Assembly: GCA_963763885.1 (NCBI GenBank)
Contig: CAVXQD010000003.1
Coordinates: forward strand, 140,085-204,084
DNA: 64,000 nucleotides
Direction of reading: 5' to 3'
Origin: an uncultured Acidimicrobiales bacterium
GTDB taxonomy: Bacteria > Actinomycetota > Acidimicrobiia > Acidimicrobiales > JANYDT01
The notes below the pieces were generated by a model, which was given only the letters and a program-made list of their open reading frames with translations, was not told the DNA's origin and did not search any database. This document shows, one piece after another, positions 7,916-17,789 of the stretch (positions are counted from its first letter, which is position 1; every line of letters starts with the position of its first letter). Made by a program: the position numbers and the translations under genes.

Positions 7916-10735
7916 ATGTCGATCTTCAAGCGGATTCTGCGCGCCGGCGAGGGGAAGAAGGTCCGCGCGCTCGCGGACATCGTCCCCAACATCAACGCGC
8001 TCGAGGCGCAATACGAACGGTTGTCCGACGACGAACTTCGCGGTAAGACCGGCGAGTTCCGTCAGATGTTGGCCAATGGAGCAGACCTCAACGACCTGCT
8101 GATCGATGCGTTTGCCACTACTCGTGAAGCTTCACGTCGTGTCATTGGCCAACGTCACTACGACGTGCAGCTCATGGGCGGCGCCGCGTTGCACTTCGGC
8201 TGGATCGCCGAAATGAAGACAGGTGAAGGCAAGACGCTTGTCTCCACGCTTCCGGTCTACCTCAACGGGCTCACGGGCAAGGGCGTGCACCTCGTGACGG
8301 TGAACGACTACCTGGCCCGCCGTGACGCAGATTGGATGGGCCAAATCCACCGCTGGCTTGGCCTCTCGGTCGGGTTGGTCATCCCGGACGACAGTGACTC
8401 TGCTGCAAAGCGTGCGGCATACGGCTGTGACGTCACGTACTCCACCAACTCTGAGCTTGGTTTCGATTTCCTCCGAGACAACATGGCCATGAGCACCGAA
8501 GACCGTGTGCAGCGTGGCCATTACTTCGCCATCGTCGACGAAGTTGACTCCATCCTCATCGACGAAGCCCGCACACCCCACATCATTTCCGGTCGTGTGG
8601 CAGACGCTGCCAAGTTGTACGTGCAGTTCGCCGCAATCTCTCGCAGCCTCACCCGTGGTACGGACTACGAGGTCGACGAAGAGAAGAAGCAGGTCTTCCC
8701 AACCGAGTCCGGCATCGACAAGGTTGAGGCTGCGTTGGGCGTCGACAACATCTACGACGATCCGTCCGCTGACTTTGTCCATCACCTCAACGCAGCGCTG
8801 CGCGCCAAAGAGTTGTATCGCCGTGACGTGGAGTACCTGGTCCAGGGCGGCGAAGTGAACATCGTCGACGAGTTCACGGGTCGTGTCCTCGAAGGCCGTC
8901 GCTGGTCCGAGGGTCTGCACCAAGCCGTTGAGGCCAAAGAGCGCGTGAAGATCAAGGAAGAGAACCAGACGCTGGCCACAACCACGCTGCAGAATTACTT
9001 CCGTCTCTACGAAAAGCTCGCAGGCATGACCGGTACGGCCGAGACCGAAGCCGGCGAGTTCCACAGCACCTACAGCCTTTCCGTGGTGCCAATCCCAACG
9101 CATCGTCCGTTGGTCCGCCAGGATCAGGCCGACCTTATCTACAAGGGCGAGCGTCCAAAGTTCGATGCGGTCGCAGCAGACATCGCCGAGCGTCACGAGA
9201 AAGGTCAGCCGGTTCTGGTTGGCACGGTTTCGGTTGAAAAGTCCGAGTACCTGTCGCAGCTCCTCACCGAGCGCGGCATTCCCCACTCGGTGCTGAACGC
9301 AAAGCAGCACACCAAGGAAGCCGAGATTGTGGCGCAGGCCGGCCGCATCGGTGCGGTCACGGTTGCCACCAACATGGCAGGCCGCGGCGTCGACATTCTC
9401 CTTGGCGGAAACCCTGACGGGTTGGCCCGTCGCCAGGCAACCGATCAGGGGCATAACCCAGCCCTCCTCGACATGGATCCGGGCGACCCCGCCGTGTTCG
9501 AGCAGCTCGAAGCTGACCCTGACCTTGCAACAGCACGGCGTGCAGCGCTTGATGCGCTCGAAAAGGCCAAGGCACACTTCGTCGAAGACTGCGCCAGCGA
9601 AGGCAAGCAGGTCAGGGAACTCGGCGGCTTGTACGTGCTTGCCACCGAACGACACGAGAGCCGCCGCATCGACAACCAGTTGCGTGGTCGTGCCGGCCGT
9701 CAGGGCGACCCAGGCGAAAGTCGTTTCTACCTGTCCTTGGACGACGACCTCATGCGGTTGTTCGCCACGGGCGCAATGAACTGGGTCATGGGACGTGCGC
9801 TTCCTGACGACGTGCCAATCGAAGCGAAGATGGTCAGCAAGGCCATCGAGCGCGCACAGTCAACGGTTGAAGGCCGCAACGCCGAAATCCGTAAGAACGT
9901 CCTCAAGTACGACGAGGTCATGAACGAGCAACGCAAGGTCATCTACGCCAAGCGAAACCAGGTCCTCACCGGAGGCGACGTCGACGAGGTGCTGCGCCGC
10001 AACATTGACACGGTTGTCGAAGACATGGTCGAGCGCAACTGCCCAACAGAAGCCTCCGACGAGTGGAACTTGGAGAACCTGCTGGCCGATGCGCAGGGCA
10101 TGTTCCCCACCGAGTTCTCGTTAGAGGACTTGGGCCAGGCCCGCTCGCGCAAGCAGCTCATCGAGTCCTTGCAGACCGAGGCACACGAGTTCTATACGGC
10201 CAAGGAAGCAAAGCTTGGTTCCGAAGTTGCACGAGACGTGGAACGCAACGTGTTTCTCAGCATCATCGACCAACGCTGGCGTGAACACCTCGCAGACATG
10301 GACTACCTCCAAGAGGGCATCCATCTCCGCGCAATGGGTCAAAAAGATCCGTTGGTCGAATGGCAACGAGACGGCTTTGCTGCGTTCGGCAACCTCATGG
10401 CCACCATCGAGGCAGACTTCGTGCGGTATTGCATGCACGCAGAGGTTGTTGTGGAGTCCCACGCCCCAACAATCGAAGACATTTCCTACGTGTCTGGTGA
10501 TGAAGGCGAAGCGCCAGAGCGTCTCACCGGTCTCATCGGCGCCGACGTCGCGCAGCTGTTGGCAGCGCAGGACGATGATGTCGAGGTCTCCGAAGATGGC
10601 CTTGTCACACGGATTGCGGAGGACGAACCCGCATCGCAAACCCCGCTCGTCAAGTCCGACCACGAGAAGCTGGGTCGTAACGACCCTTGCTGGTGCGACA
10701 GCGGCAAGAAGTTCAAGCTCTGTCACGGGCGCTGA
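7916..10735 (+). CDS. secA: preprotein translocase ATPase SecA
   Basis: MSIFKRILRAGEGKKVRAL..., Walker A MKTGEGKTL, DEVDSILIDEARTPHIISG, C-terminal zinc motif CWCDSGKKFKLCHGR. The ORF extends upstream to 7580 only as an antisense overlap with adh. Confidence 0.95.
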   Translation: MSIFKRILRAGEGKKVRALADIVPNINALEAQYERLSDDELRGKTGEFRQMLANGADLNDLLIDAFATTREASRRVIGQRHYDVQLMGGAALHFGWIAEMKTGEGKTLVSTLPVYLNGLTGKGVHLVTVNDYLARRDADWMGQIHRWLGLSVGLVIPDDSDSAAKRAAYGCDVTYSTNSELGFDFLRDNMAMSTEDRVQRGHYFAIVDEVDSILIDEARTPHIISGRVADAAKLYVQFAAISRSLTRGTDYEVDEEKKQVFPTESGIDKVEAALGVDNIYDDPSADFVHHLNAALRAKELYRRDVEYLVQGGEVNIVDEFTGRVLEGRRWSEGLHQAVEAKERVKIKEENQTLATTTLQNYFRLYEKLAGMTGTAETEAGEFHSTYSLSVVPIPTHRPLVRQDQADLIYKGERPKFDAVAADIAERHEKGQPVLVGTVSVEKSEYLSQLLTERGIPHSVLNAKQHTKEAEIVAQAGRIGAVTVATNMAGRGVDILLGGNPDGLARRQATDQGHNPALLDMDPGDPAVFEQLEADPDLATARRAALDALEKAKAHFVEDCASEGKQVRELGGLYVLATERHESRRIDNQLRGRAGRQGDPGESRFYLSLDDDLMRLFATGAMNWVMGRALPDDVPIEAKMVSKAIERAQSTVEGRNAEIRKNVLKYDEVMNEQRKVIYAKRNQVLTGGDVDEVLRRNIDTVVEDMVERNCPTEASDEWNLENLLADAQGMFPTEFSLEDLGQARSRKQLIESLQTEAHEFYTAKEAKLGSEVARDVERNVFLSIIDQRWREHLADMDYLQEGIHLRAMGQKDPLVEWQRDGFAAFGNLMATIEADFVRYCMHAEVVVESHAPTIEDISYVSGDEGEAPERLTGLIGADVAQLLAAQDDDVEVSEDGLVTRIAEDEPASQTPLVKSDHEKLGRNDPCWCDSGKKFKLCHGR

Positions 10736-10768
10736 GCGAAACCCACCAACCACACCGGATCCATTGCC

Positions 10769-11884
10769 ATGTTGAGAGATCATGCTGACGCGCTCGTTGC
10801 CGAACGAGCGCGCCTGCGCGAAGCCGAAAACTATTTAGGCTTCGACCGACTCAAGACAGAGTTTGTGCGGCTCGAGACAGAACTGGCCCGACCAGACCTG
10901 TGGGATGACCCCGAGATCGGCCGCAAGGTTGGCGCGCAGTACGCAACCGTGAAGGACGATCTCGAGTCGCTCACCGGTGTGGCCCGTCACCTCGACGACG
11001 CTGACACGCTCCTGGAGCTTGGCACAGAGATGGAAGACGAGTCCCTCGAGCCCGAGCTGCTGGAACATGTTGCAGCGGCTCGCAAGGTGCTGGAAGAACT
11101 CGAGCTGCGCAGCTTGTTTACGGGTGAGTACGACGAGGGCGACGCTATCTTCGAAATCCACTCCGGCGCAGGGGGCGTCGATGCGCAGGACTGGGCCGAA
11201 ATGCTGCTGCGTATGTATGTGCGCTGGGGAGAGCGGCGCGGCTTCGAAGTTGAAATCGAGTCCGTTGCCGAGGGTGCCGAAGCCGGCATCACAACTGCCA
11301 TTCTCATCGTTAAAGGTAGGTACGCATACGGTCTGTTGTCGGCCGAACGTGGTGTGCACCGCCTCGTTCGTATCTCGCCATTCGATCAGCAAGCGCGCAG
11401 ACAAACGTCGTTCGCCGGCGTGTCGCTCACGCCGGTCATCGAGGACGCCACGTCCAAGGTGAACATCGATGAAAAAGACCTCCGCGTCGACGTGTTCCGA
11501 TCATCTGGCGCTGGTGGTCAGCACGTCAACACAACGGACTCGGCCGTTCGTATGACCCACATCCCCACGGGCATCGTTGTCAGCTGCCAGATCGAGCGCA
11601 GCCAGATTCAGAACCGTGCACGGGCGATGGACATGTTGGCGGCGAAACTTATCGAGCGTCAGCGTCAAGAGCGAGACCAGATGATGGCAGACATCACTGG
11701 CCCTCAGAAGGAAGCTGCGTGGGGCAACCAGATCCGCTCCTACGTGCTTGCGCCGTACCAAATGGTCAAGGACCTCCGCACCGAGCACGAGGTTGGTACA
11801 CCTGCCGACGTGCTCGACGGTGACATCGACGGGTTCATTGAATCGTGGCTGCGATGGCGTCGAGCCAACGAGCCCGCGGCGTGA
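10769..11884 (+). CDS. prfB: peptide chain release factor 2
   Basis: RF2-specific SPF motif (RISPFDQQARRQTSFAGV) and GGQ motif (SGAGGQHVNTTDSAVRMTHIPTGIVV). A single uninterrupted 371-codon frame. Confidence 0.93.
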   Translation: MLRDHADALVAERARLREAENYLGFDRLKTEFVRLETELARPDLWDDPEIGRKVGAQYATVKDDLESLTGVARHLDDADTLLELGTEMEDESLEPELLEHVAAARKVLEELELRSLFTGEYDEGDAIFEIHSGAGGVDAQDWAEMLLRMYVRWGERRGFEVEIESVAEGAEAGITTAILIVKGRYAYGLLSAERGVHRLVRISPFDQQARRQTSFAGVSLTPVIEDATSKVNIDEKDLRVDVFRSSGAGGQHVNTTDSAVRMTHIPTGIVVSCQIERSQIQNRARAMDMLAAKLIERQRQERDQMMADITGPQKEAAWGNQIRSYVLAPYQMVKDLRTEHEVGTPADVLDGDIDGFIESWLRWRRANEPAA

Positions 11885-11958
11885 GGGTGCGCCTGTTCGT
11901 GAACGGTCCGAACTAGGGTGCGTGGCGGCGTTCGGCCCACAATGACTAGAGCTTGCCC

Positions 11959-12645
11959 ATGATCCGTCTCGACAACGTCACCAAGGTGTACCGCAACGGT
12001 GCAACGGCTCTCCGTGGAGTGTCCGCCGAAATCGAAAAGGGCGAGTTCGTCTTTCTTGTCGGTTCATCTGGCTCTGGCAAATCGACGTTCATGCGGTTGT
12101 TGCTGCGTGAAGAATTGCCCACAGAGGGCCAGGTTTATGTGGCCGGCAAAAATGTTCCCGAGTTGCCAAAAGGCAAGGTTCCTTACCTTCGCCGCAACAT
12201 CGGTTGCATCTTCCAGGACTTCAAACTGCTGCCCAATAAGACCGTCTACGAAAACGTGTCGTTTGCGCTCGACGTGATCGGCCGTCCGAAGTCGGTTATC
12301 TCGCAGCAGGTTCCGCAGATCTTGGATCTCGTCGGCCTCACCAAGAAGCAAGAAGCTTTCCCCAACGAGCTGTCCGGCGGCGAACAGCAGCGCGTCAGCA
12401 TCGCCCGTGCCTTCATCAACCGGCCGCTCTTGCTGTTGGCCGACGAGCCCACGGGCAACCTCGACCCCAACACGTCAATCGGCATCATGCGACTGCTGGA
12501 GCGCATCAACCGCACCGGCACAACCGTTCTGATGGCTACCCACGATCAGGGCATTGTTGACTCCATGCGTCGCCGGGTGATCGAGCTTGATCGCGGCACG
12601 TTGGTACGTGACCAGGCGCGCGGCGTCTACGGAACCCTGGACTGA
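11959..12645 (+). CDS. ftsE: cell division ATP-binding protein FtsE
   Basis: [11 protein letters not shown]..., Walker [10 protein letters not shown], signature [14 protein letters not shown], Walker [13 protein letters not shown]. Confidence 0.93.
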   Translation: MIRLDNVTKVYRNGATALRGVSAEIEKGEFVFLVGSSGSGKSTFMRLLLREELPTEGQVYVAGKNVPELPKGKVPYLRRNIGCIFQDFKLLPNKTVYENVSFALDVIGRPKSVISQQVPQILDLVGLTKKQEAFPNELSGGEQQRVSIARAFINRPLLLLADEPTGNLDPNTSIGIMRLLERINRTGTTVLMATHDQGIVDSMRRRVIELDRGTLVRDQARGVYGTLD

Positions 12646-12663
12646 GACGAGCGAGAACTACAG

Positions 12664-13560
12664 ATGGCCGCCCGCCCCACATATCTCATTCGCGAAAGCC
12701 TTTCGAATCTTCGCCGCAATGTGTTGATGACTGTCACCGCGGTCATCACCATCGTGGTGTCGCTCACCATCGTTGGAGCGTCGCTCCTCCTGCGTCAGGG
12801 CATGAACAACTACGCCCGCCAATTCCGCGAGGGCATCGAGCTCAACATCTACATGCAGCCTGCGGCAACGCAGACGCAGCTCGATGCGGTGCGCGCCGAG
12901 CTCGACGATCTGAAGAAATCCGGTCAGGTCACGCGTTACCGCTACGTAGACCAGAAGTCTGCGTTTGAGGAATTCAAAGAGATCTTCCGCAACGACCCGG
13001 AACAGAAAGACCTGTTCCAGAGCGAGAAGGACATGCCTTCCTCGTTCCGAGTTGTGCCTGCCAAAGCAGAACGCATCAGCGCGTTGGGCGATCCGTTCCG
13101 CAATCGCGAGGGCGTGTACCGGGTCGTCAGCGACGAAGACATCAAGGCGCTGTTGCGCATAACAAGGGTTATTCAGTTGGTGTTGCTCTCCGTCGCAATC
13201 GCACTGTTGGTTGCTGCGGTTCTGCTGATCCTCAACACCATCCAGTTGGCAATTTTCAGCCGCCGTCGCGAAGTAGCTGTGATGAAGCTGGTTGGTGGAA
13301 CTAACTGGTTCATCCGCCTTCCGTTCATGTTGGAAGGATTGCTGCAGGGATTCATCGGAGCCGTCATCGCGTTCGCTGCTGTCTACCTGGGTGCTGGCCG
13401 GCTACAGAACGCAATCCGTGAGTCATCCACCACGTTGTTCAAGAGCTTCTCGGTGTCCGGTGCGGAAATCGCTGGCACGGGGATCTTGATGCTGTTGGTG
13501 GGCGCAGCAGTTGGGGCCATTGGGTCCGCCATTGCTGTCAGCCGCTTCCTCGACGTTTAG
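12664..13560 (+). CDS. ftsX: cell division permease FtsX
   Basis: Follows ftsE. N-terminal TM, periplasmic domain, C-terminal FtsX-like permease helices (EVAVMKLVGGTNWFIRLPFMLEGLLQG). Confidence 0.9.
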   Translation: MAARPTYLIRESLSNLRRNVLMTVTAVITIVVSLTIVGASLLLRQGMNNYARQFREGIELNIYMQPAATQTQLDAVRAELDDLKKSGQVTRYRYVDQKSAFEEFKEIFRNDPEQKDLFQSEKDMPSSFRVVPAKAERISALGDPFRNREGVYRVVSDEDIKALLRITRVIQLVLLSVAIALLVAAVLLILNTIQLAIFSRRREVAVMKLVGGTNWFIRLPFMLEGLLQGFIGAVIAFAAVYLGAGRLQNAIRESSTTLFKSFSVSGAEIAGTGILMLLVGAAVGAIGSAIAVSRFLDV

Positions 13561-13573
13561 CGCGTTGACTCCG

Positions 13574-14191
13574 ATGATCCTTGCGAGCTGGATCGTTGAT
13601 CGGCTCCAAACTTGGTTGAGTGGCGTGTCTGGACCGTGGCTCTACATCATCACGTTCATCGTGACGTTCGCCGAGACCGGAACCCTGTTGTTCTTCATTC
13701 CCGGTGAAGTCACGTTGCTGTTAGCGGGCGCTGCGGCTGGTGCTGGTAACGCATCGCTTTCGTTGCTCATCCTTGTGGGCATCGCTGCTGCACTGTCAGG
13801 TGATTTCGTCGGCTTTCATCTCGGGCTTCGATTCGGGGACCAAATCCGCAGCTCTCGCCTGGGGCGCCGCATCAAGCAAAGTTCTTGGGAACGCACCCAA
13901 ACCCTGATTCATCGCCGCAAAGGTTTGGTGGTTCTGTTTGGTCGTTGGATTGGGTTCTTGCGGGCCATCATGCCTGCCTCCGCTGGAATGTCTGGCATGT
14001 CGTATCGGGCGTTTCTTCCGTGGGACATCGCTGGCGCAATTTCCTGGGCCGCCACGTGTGTGTTCATCGGTTACAAAGTCGGTGACAACATTGAAGAGGT
14101 CGAGTCCTGGATCACGCGCGGGGGATACGTCATCGTTGGTGTGTTGGTCGTCGCTTACGTTGCGAACCATTTCCGTTCTCGCCGCCATTGA
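13574..14191 (+). CDS. DedA/SNARE-associated family membrane protein
   Basis: FIVTFAETGTLLFFIPGEVTLLLAGAAAG and RWIGFLRAIMPASAGMSGMSYRAFLPWDIAGAISWA. Confidence 0.8.
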   Translation: MILASWIVDRLQTWLSGVSGPWLYIITFIVTFAETGTLLFFIPGEVTLLLAGAAAGAGNASLSLLILVGIAAALSGDFVGFHLGLRFGDQIRSSRLGRRIKQSSWERTQTLIHRRKGLVVLFGRWIGFLRAIMPASAGMSGMSYRAFLPWDIAGAISWAATCVFIGYKVGDNIEEVESWITRGGYVIVGVLVVAYVANHFRSRRH

Positions 14192-14232
14192 CGGCAATCA
14201 CAGCATTGAATGAATAGATAGAAAGCACGCTT

Positions 14233-15693
14233 ATGAACATCAAGCACGCGAAACCGCATCGTACAAAGATCGTCGCAACAGTTGGGCCTGCGTCTGATTC
14301 ACACGAGCAGTTGACTGGGCTGATCAACGCTGGCGTCGATGTGTTTCGGCTCAACCTTTCACACGGTGATCTGGCAAGCCACTTGGATCGGTTGGCCAAA
14401 CTCCAGCGGGCGGTGAGAGAAGCGGATCACCCTGTGGCCATCCTCGCCGACCTTCCTGGACCCAAGATCCGCGCCGGTTCGTTCGGTGAAGTTGGTGTTG
14501 TGGTTTCGCCGGGGCAAGAAATCTCCCTCATGCCTGGTTCTGCAGAGTCCAACGGGTCCATCATCCACGTGGAGTATGCGGGACTCCTGACCGACGTTGC
14601 TGCCGGCGATCGGATTGCGTTGGGAGACGGCGACATCACCCTCGGTGTTGTGGAGGTTCGTTCCGAAAGCGTGCATGCGATTGTGCGAACCGGTGGGCGG
14701 TTGCGTGGCAAACCGGGCGTACACCTTCCTGGAGATCGTCTGCAGCTGGCCACACCCACAGACGAGGATCTTGTTTTCGCAGTCGAGATGGCCAAGGCCG
14801 GTGTGGACTTCTTGGCCGTTTCCTTCGTTCGCAAAGCAGCGGACCTTGTCAAGGTTCGTTCCACGCTGGAAGCTGCTGGGCTGGAGTGCCCGGCGTTGGT
14901 GGCAAAGATCGAGACTCGCGGCGGAGTCGACGAACTCATGCCAATCATCGAGGTTGCTGACGCTGTCATGGTTGCTCGCGGAGACCTTGGAATTGACTGT
15001 CCGTTGGAAGAGGTTCCTCACCTCCAGAAGCGAATCATCCGCGCATGCGTCGAAGCCGGTGTTCCGGTGATCACGGCAACCCAGATGCTTGAGTCGATGA
15101 TCAAGGCCCCAGCGCCAACGCGTGCTGAGGTGAGCGACGTGGCCAACGCAGTGTTCGACGGAACCGACGCAGTGATGCTTTCCGGCGAGACCGCAATCGG
15201 CGACCAGCCTGTGCTGGTCATCGAAACGATGGGTCGCATCATCGAAGCGGCCGAACGTCAAGCCAGCTACCAGCAATGGGGTTCTCGTCTCGGCCGGGTG
15301 CAGCGTCGTACCGATTCTGAGGGGGAGTTGCTGGTCACTCAGGCGCTCACCCACGCTGCATGGCAGGCGTCCTCAGACGTAGGCGCACGGGCAATTGTGT
15401 GCTGCACGGTTTCCGGCCGCACCGCTCGGGCTATGGCTCGCTTCCGTCCACTCCCGACGTTGATTGCCGCATCGCCCGACGACGCCGCAGCTCGGCGGCT
15501 GGCGTTGGTGTGGGGTGTGATTCCGCTGATGGTCGGCACGTACCGGTCAACCGATGAGCTGGTCTGGCAGAGCGTTGAGCGTGTCGTCAAGGCCGGTTTC
15601 GCCGGCCCCGGTGACCATGTGCTGGTGCTCGCCGGTGACCCATTGTCGGGCTACGGCTCCACTGACGTGATGCGAGTCGTGCGCGTCCGGTAA
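14233..15693 (+). CDS. pyk: pyruvate kinase
   Basis: TKIVATVGPASDS...GVDVFRLNLSHG...LADLPGPKIR...MVARGDLGI...TQMLESM. Confidence 0.93.
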   Translation: MNIKHAKPHRTKIVATVGPASDSHEQLTGLINAGVDVFRLNLSHGDLASHLDRLAKLQRAVREADHPVAILADLPGPKIRAGSFGEVGVVVSPGQEISLMPGSAESNGSIIHVEYAGLLTDVAAGDRIALGDGDITLGVVEVRSESVHAIVRTGGRLRGKPGVHLPGDRLQLATPTDEDLVFAVEMAKAGVDFLAVSFVRKAADLVKVRSTLEAAGLECPALVAKIETRGGVDELMPIIEVADAVMVARGDLGIDCPLEEVPHLQKRIIRACVEAGVPVITATQMLESMIKAPAPTRAEVSDVANAVFDGTDAVMLSGETAIGDQPVLVIETMGRIIEAAERQASYQQWGSRLGRVQRRTDSEGELLVTQALTHAAWQASSDVGARAIVCCTVSGRTARAMARFRPLPTLIAASPDDAAARRLALVWGVIPLMVGTYRSTDELVWQSVERVVKAGFAGPGDHVLVLAGDPLSGYGSTDVMRVVRVR

Positions 15694-15813
15694 GACCCCG
15701 AACCGTTCGCTTCGCGTGGCTGTGCGCTCCCTTGGTGGTCCCTCGGCTTTGATCGTCAAACCCGATGCACATCAGCGCACCTCACGGCACCCGAGTCACT
15801 ACGCCGTGCCTTT

Positions 15814-16124
15814 TTCAAACCATATGCATTCGTTCCGTAATGAATCCCTGATGGCAGCGACGGACTAGGCGAGAGTCCAACGGGTCGCGTTCGTTCCGTA
15901 ATGAATCCGCCCAAGTGCGTCTTTTCGTTCCGTAATGAATCCCGGTGGATTACGCCAACCCTCTCGTCCAAAGTTCGCGGCATTCAGGCACGTTCGCGGG
16001 CCTAGGCATCGCTATGGCAGGGCCGCGAACGTGCCTGAGTCCCGCGAAGTCTGCGAGAGCCTTCGTTCGGTCGTTTCAAGAGGCTTGCTGCATTTCATTA
16101 CGGAACGAATGCATATGTTGGGTT
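15814..16124. mobile_element. MITE-like non-autonomous element (24-bp perfect terminal inverted repeats, no coding capacity)
   Basis: catatgcattcgttccgtaatgaa at 15821-15844 and its exact reverse complement at 16094-16117. Flanking ttcaaac is also inverted, with a 4-nt indel. Internal 15-bp palindrome caggcacgttcgcgg (15985-15999) / ccgcgaacgtgcctg (16023-16037). Confidence 0.55.
15829..15942 (+). repeat. three direct copies of a 19-mer at the left end of the MITE-like element
   Basis: ttcgttccgtaatgaatcc at 15829-15847, 15890-15908 and 15924-15942 (spacings 61 and 34 nt). A fourth, inverted copy lies inside the right TIR (16094-16109). Confidence 0.9.
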
Positions 16125-16185
16125 TGAAGCGGGTCTGGTGGGTTTGAGGTCTTTGATTGTCATACCCTTCTGAGATCCTGCGTGT

Positions 16186-16905
16186 ATGACCGATGCATTT
16201 GAGAGCAAACGAGATGATTGTCAGGTGTTCACGCCTGAGGGAGTGATTCTTTGCGAATGGTGCAACACACGATTCAATCCACGATCAGATCGTGGGCGAC
16301 GCCCGAGGTTCTGCCGGGGTAGTCATCGAGTCCGGGCCTGCGAGAGGCGTCGGGGGCTCCTGCGGGCGGGTTCGCCCCCGCAACGTCGAACGCTGCCTGA
16401 GCCGAAGCGCGCCGGGCAGATCGGTGTTGCTGGTGTTCCTTCGGTAGCTTTTCTGGCACACGAAATGGGCACCCCACCGTTCATTGGTTTTGAGGCGTTC
16501 AGCCGTCTCAGATTGCATCGAGTCCGAGTGACCGGATTGCCCCATGGTGTGGCCGCCGACGCCCCAAATCTTGTGCCTTCTCTATGCGGAACGATGGTGA
16601 AGCCGGTCGGCAACCCTGTGCAGACGGGCACGGGGTGGATGCGATGCGTGTCGTGTGAGCGGCTTGCGCATTTGCACCCGGTGGACACGCGGTGGTGGGA
16701 CGCGATGACGCAACGAACGGCGGGTGTGCTCCTGGACGACTTCGGATCGACCGTTTTGGCGGCCGCTCAAGCGGTCGCAGGTGCACGCGAGCCGGTCGAA
16801 ACACTTGCGAGGCTCGAAGCGGAACTCCGCCGGTTCGGTCGGGCGTTAGGGCTGCCGGAGCCTCTCGCTCCTTCGTTGCATCACCGGTCGGTGCGACCTC
16901 GATGA
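16186..16905 (+). CDS. hypothetical protein with N-terminal zinc-ribbon / RxFC...R-rich motif
   Basis: 239 aa; CEWCNTRFNPRSDRGRRPRFCRGSHRVRACERRRG. No further family recognised. Confidence 0.45.
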   Translation: MTDAFESKRDDCQVFTPEGVILCEWCNTRFNPRSDRGRRPRFCRGSHRVRACERRRGLLRAGSPPQRRTLPEPKRAGQIGVAGVPSVAFLAHEMGTPPFIGFEAFSRLRLHRVRVTGLPHGVAADAPNLVPSLCGTMVKPVGNPVQTGTGWMRCVSCERLAHLHPVDTRWWDAMTQRTAGVLLDDFGSTVLAAAQAVAGAREPVETLARLEAELRRFGRALGLPEPLAPSLHHRSVRPR

Positions 16906-16969
16906 CCCGCGCTGGTCGCATCAGGTGGTCTCATTGGGCTCTCATGATGTGGCCGACATGGTTTGCGGC

Positions 16970-17767
16970 ATGACTTTTTCCCGGCCATCCCGCATTTCGT
17001 CGCGTTGCACGTTCGGTGTGGTCGCCCCAGCGGTAGTGGCCCTAATCGCTCTGTCGGGGTGTGGCAGTGACGCAGCCACAGCAGAGGTCGTCGAAACCAC
17101 CGTGGTGGCAGCAGAGGCCGCGCCCGTTACAGACGCAGCAGCTGATGAGGTTCCTGTTACCGAGGCTGCTCCGGTCACTGAAGCTGCGGTCGATGCGCCA
17201 ACGACCGAGGCAGCAGCTGCAGTTCAGGCTGGCTCGGCCAGTGACTCCGTGGAAGGTAACTGGACCGTGTCAACCGGGCAAGGCGGATACCGGGTGCCGG
17301 AGATCCTGCAGGGTCAGGAGACCGAGGGAGTTGGACGCACCACTGCGGTTACCGGGTCCATGACTATTGCTGGTACCCAGGCAACAGCGGCGTCGTTCGA
17401 GTTTGACCTCACGAAGCTTGCGTCGGACTCTGACCGCCGAGACGGACAGGTTCAGGGTCGGATCCTGCAGACGGCGCAGTTCCCAACAGCCAGCTTCACG
17501 TTGACGGCACCGATTGATTTCGGATCTGTGCCCGCCGAGGGCGAGCAGATTGCTGTCAAGGCAACCGGCGACCTTGCGCTCCACGGGGTCACGAAGTCCG
17601 TCATGGTCGACCTGCAGGCGCGTCGTCAGGGCGCAGAGATCCAGGTACTTGGCACCTTGCCAATCACGTTTGCTGACTACGGGATCGAGAACCCGTCGGT
17701 GAAGCCATTCGTGGAGGTTGGCGAGACCGGGACCATTGAATGGTTGGTATCGCTGGCCAAGGCCTGA
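16970..17767 (+). CDS. YceI-family lipoprotein
   Basis: Lipobox LIALSGC, Ala/Thr/Glu-rich PVTEAA-type linker, then a YceI-like domain (FEFDLTKLASDSDRRDGQVQGRILQTAQFPTASFTL...GDLALHGVTKSV). Confidence 0.8.
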   Translation: MTFSRPSRISSRCTFGVVAPAVVALIALSGCGSDAATAEVVETTVVAAEAAPVTDAAADEVPVTEAAPVTEAAVDAPTTEAAAAVQAGSASDSVEGNWTVSTGQGGYRVPEILQGQETEGVGRTTAVTGSMTIAGTQATAASFEFDLTKLASDSDRRDGQVQGRILQTAQFPTASFTLTAPIDFGSVPAEGEQIAVKATGDLALHGVTKSVMVDLQARRQGAEIQVLGTLPITFADYGIENPSVKPFVEVGETGTIEWLVSLAKA

Positions 17768-17782
17768 CCCCGCGGTCAGGCC
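17761..17782. terminator. 8-bp stem hairpin between convergent genes
   Basis: ggcctgac (17761-17768) / gtcaggcc (17775-17782). Overlaps the yceI-like stop codon. Confidence 0.45.
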
Positions 17783-17789
17783 TGAGCCC

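Noticed and set aside
8132-9655. 507-aa ORF antisense to secA (similar long antisense ORFs: 2247-3077 in ahcY, 14359-15354 in pyk, 25124-26290 in the BVMO gene, 20387-21091 in hpt, 29609-30932 in the AbiE genes)
   Set aside because: These are typical high-GC shadow ORFs. Their translations are Arg/Gly/Val/His-rich with no motifs, while the opposite strand encodes unmistakable conserved proteins.
10769-10900. Programmed +1 frameshift site in prfB
   Set aside because: The RF2 frame is continuous for 371 codons from the start. The usual CUU UGA C site region reads AAC TAT TTA GGC TTC GAC, with no in-frame stop.
15829-15942. CRISPR array (three identical 19-mers)
   Set aside because: The repeats are too short and too few. 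The spacing is irregular (61 and 34 nt). A fourth copy is inverted inside a terminal inverted repeat. No cas genes are nearby.
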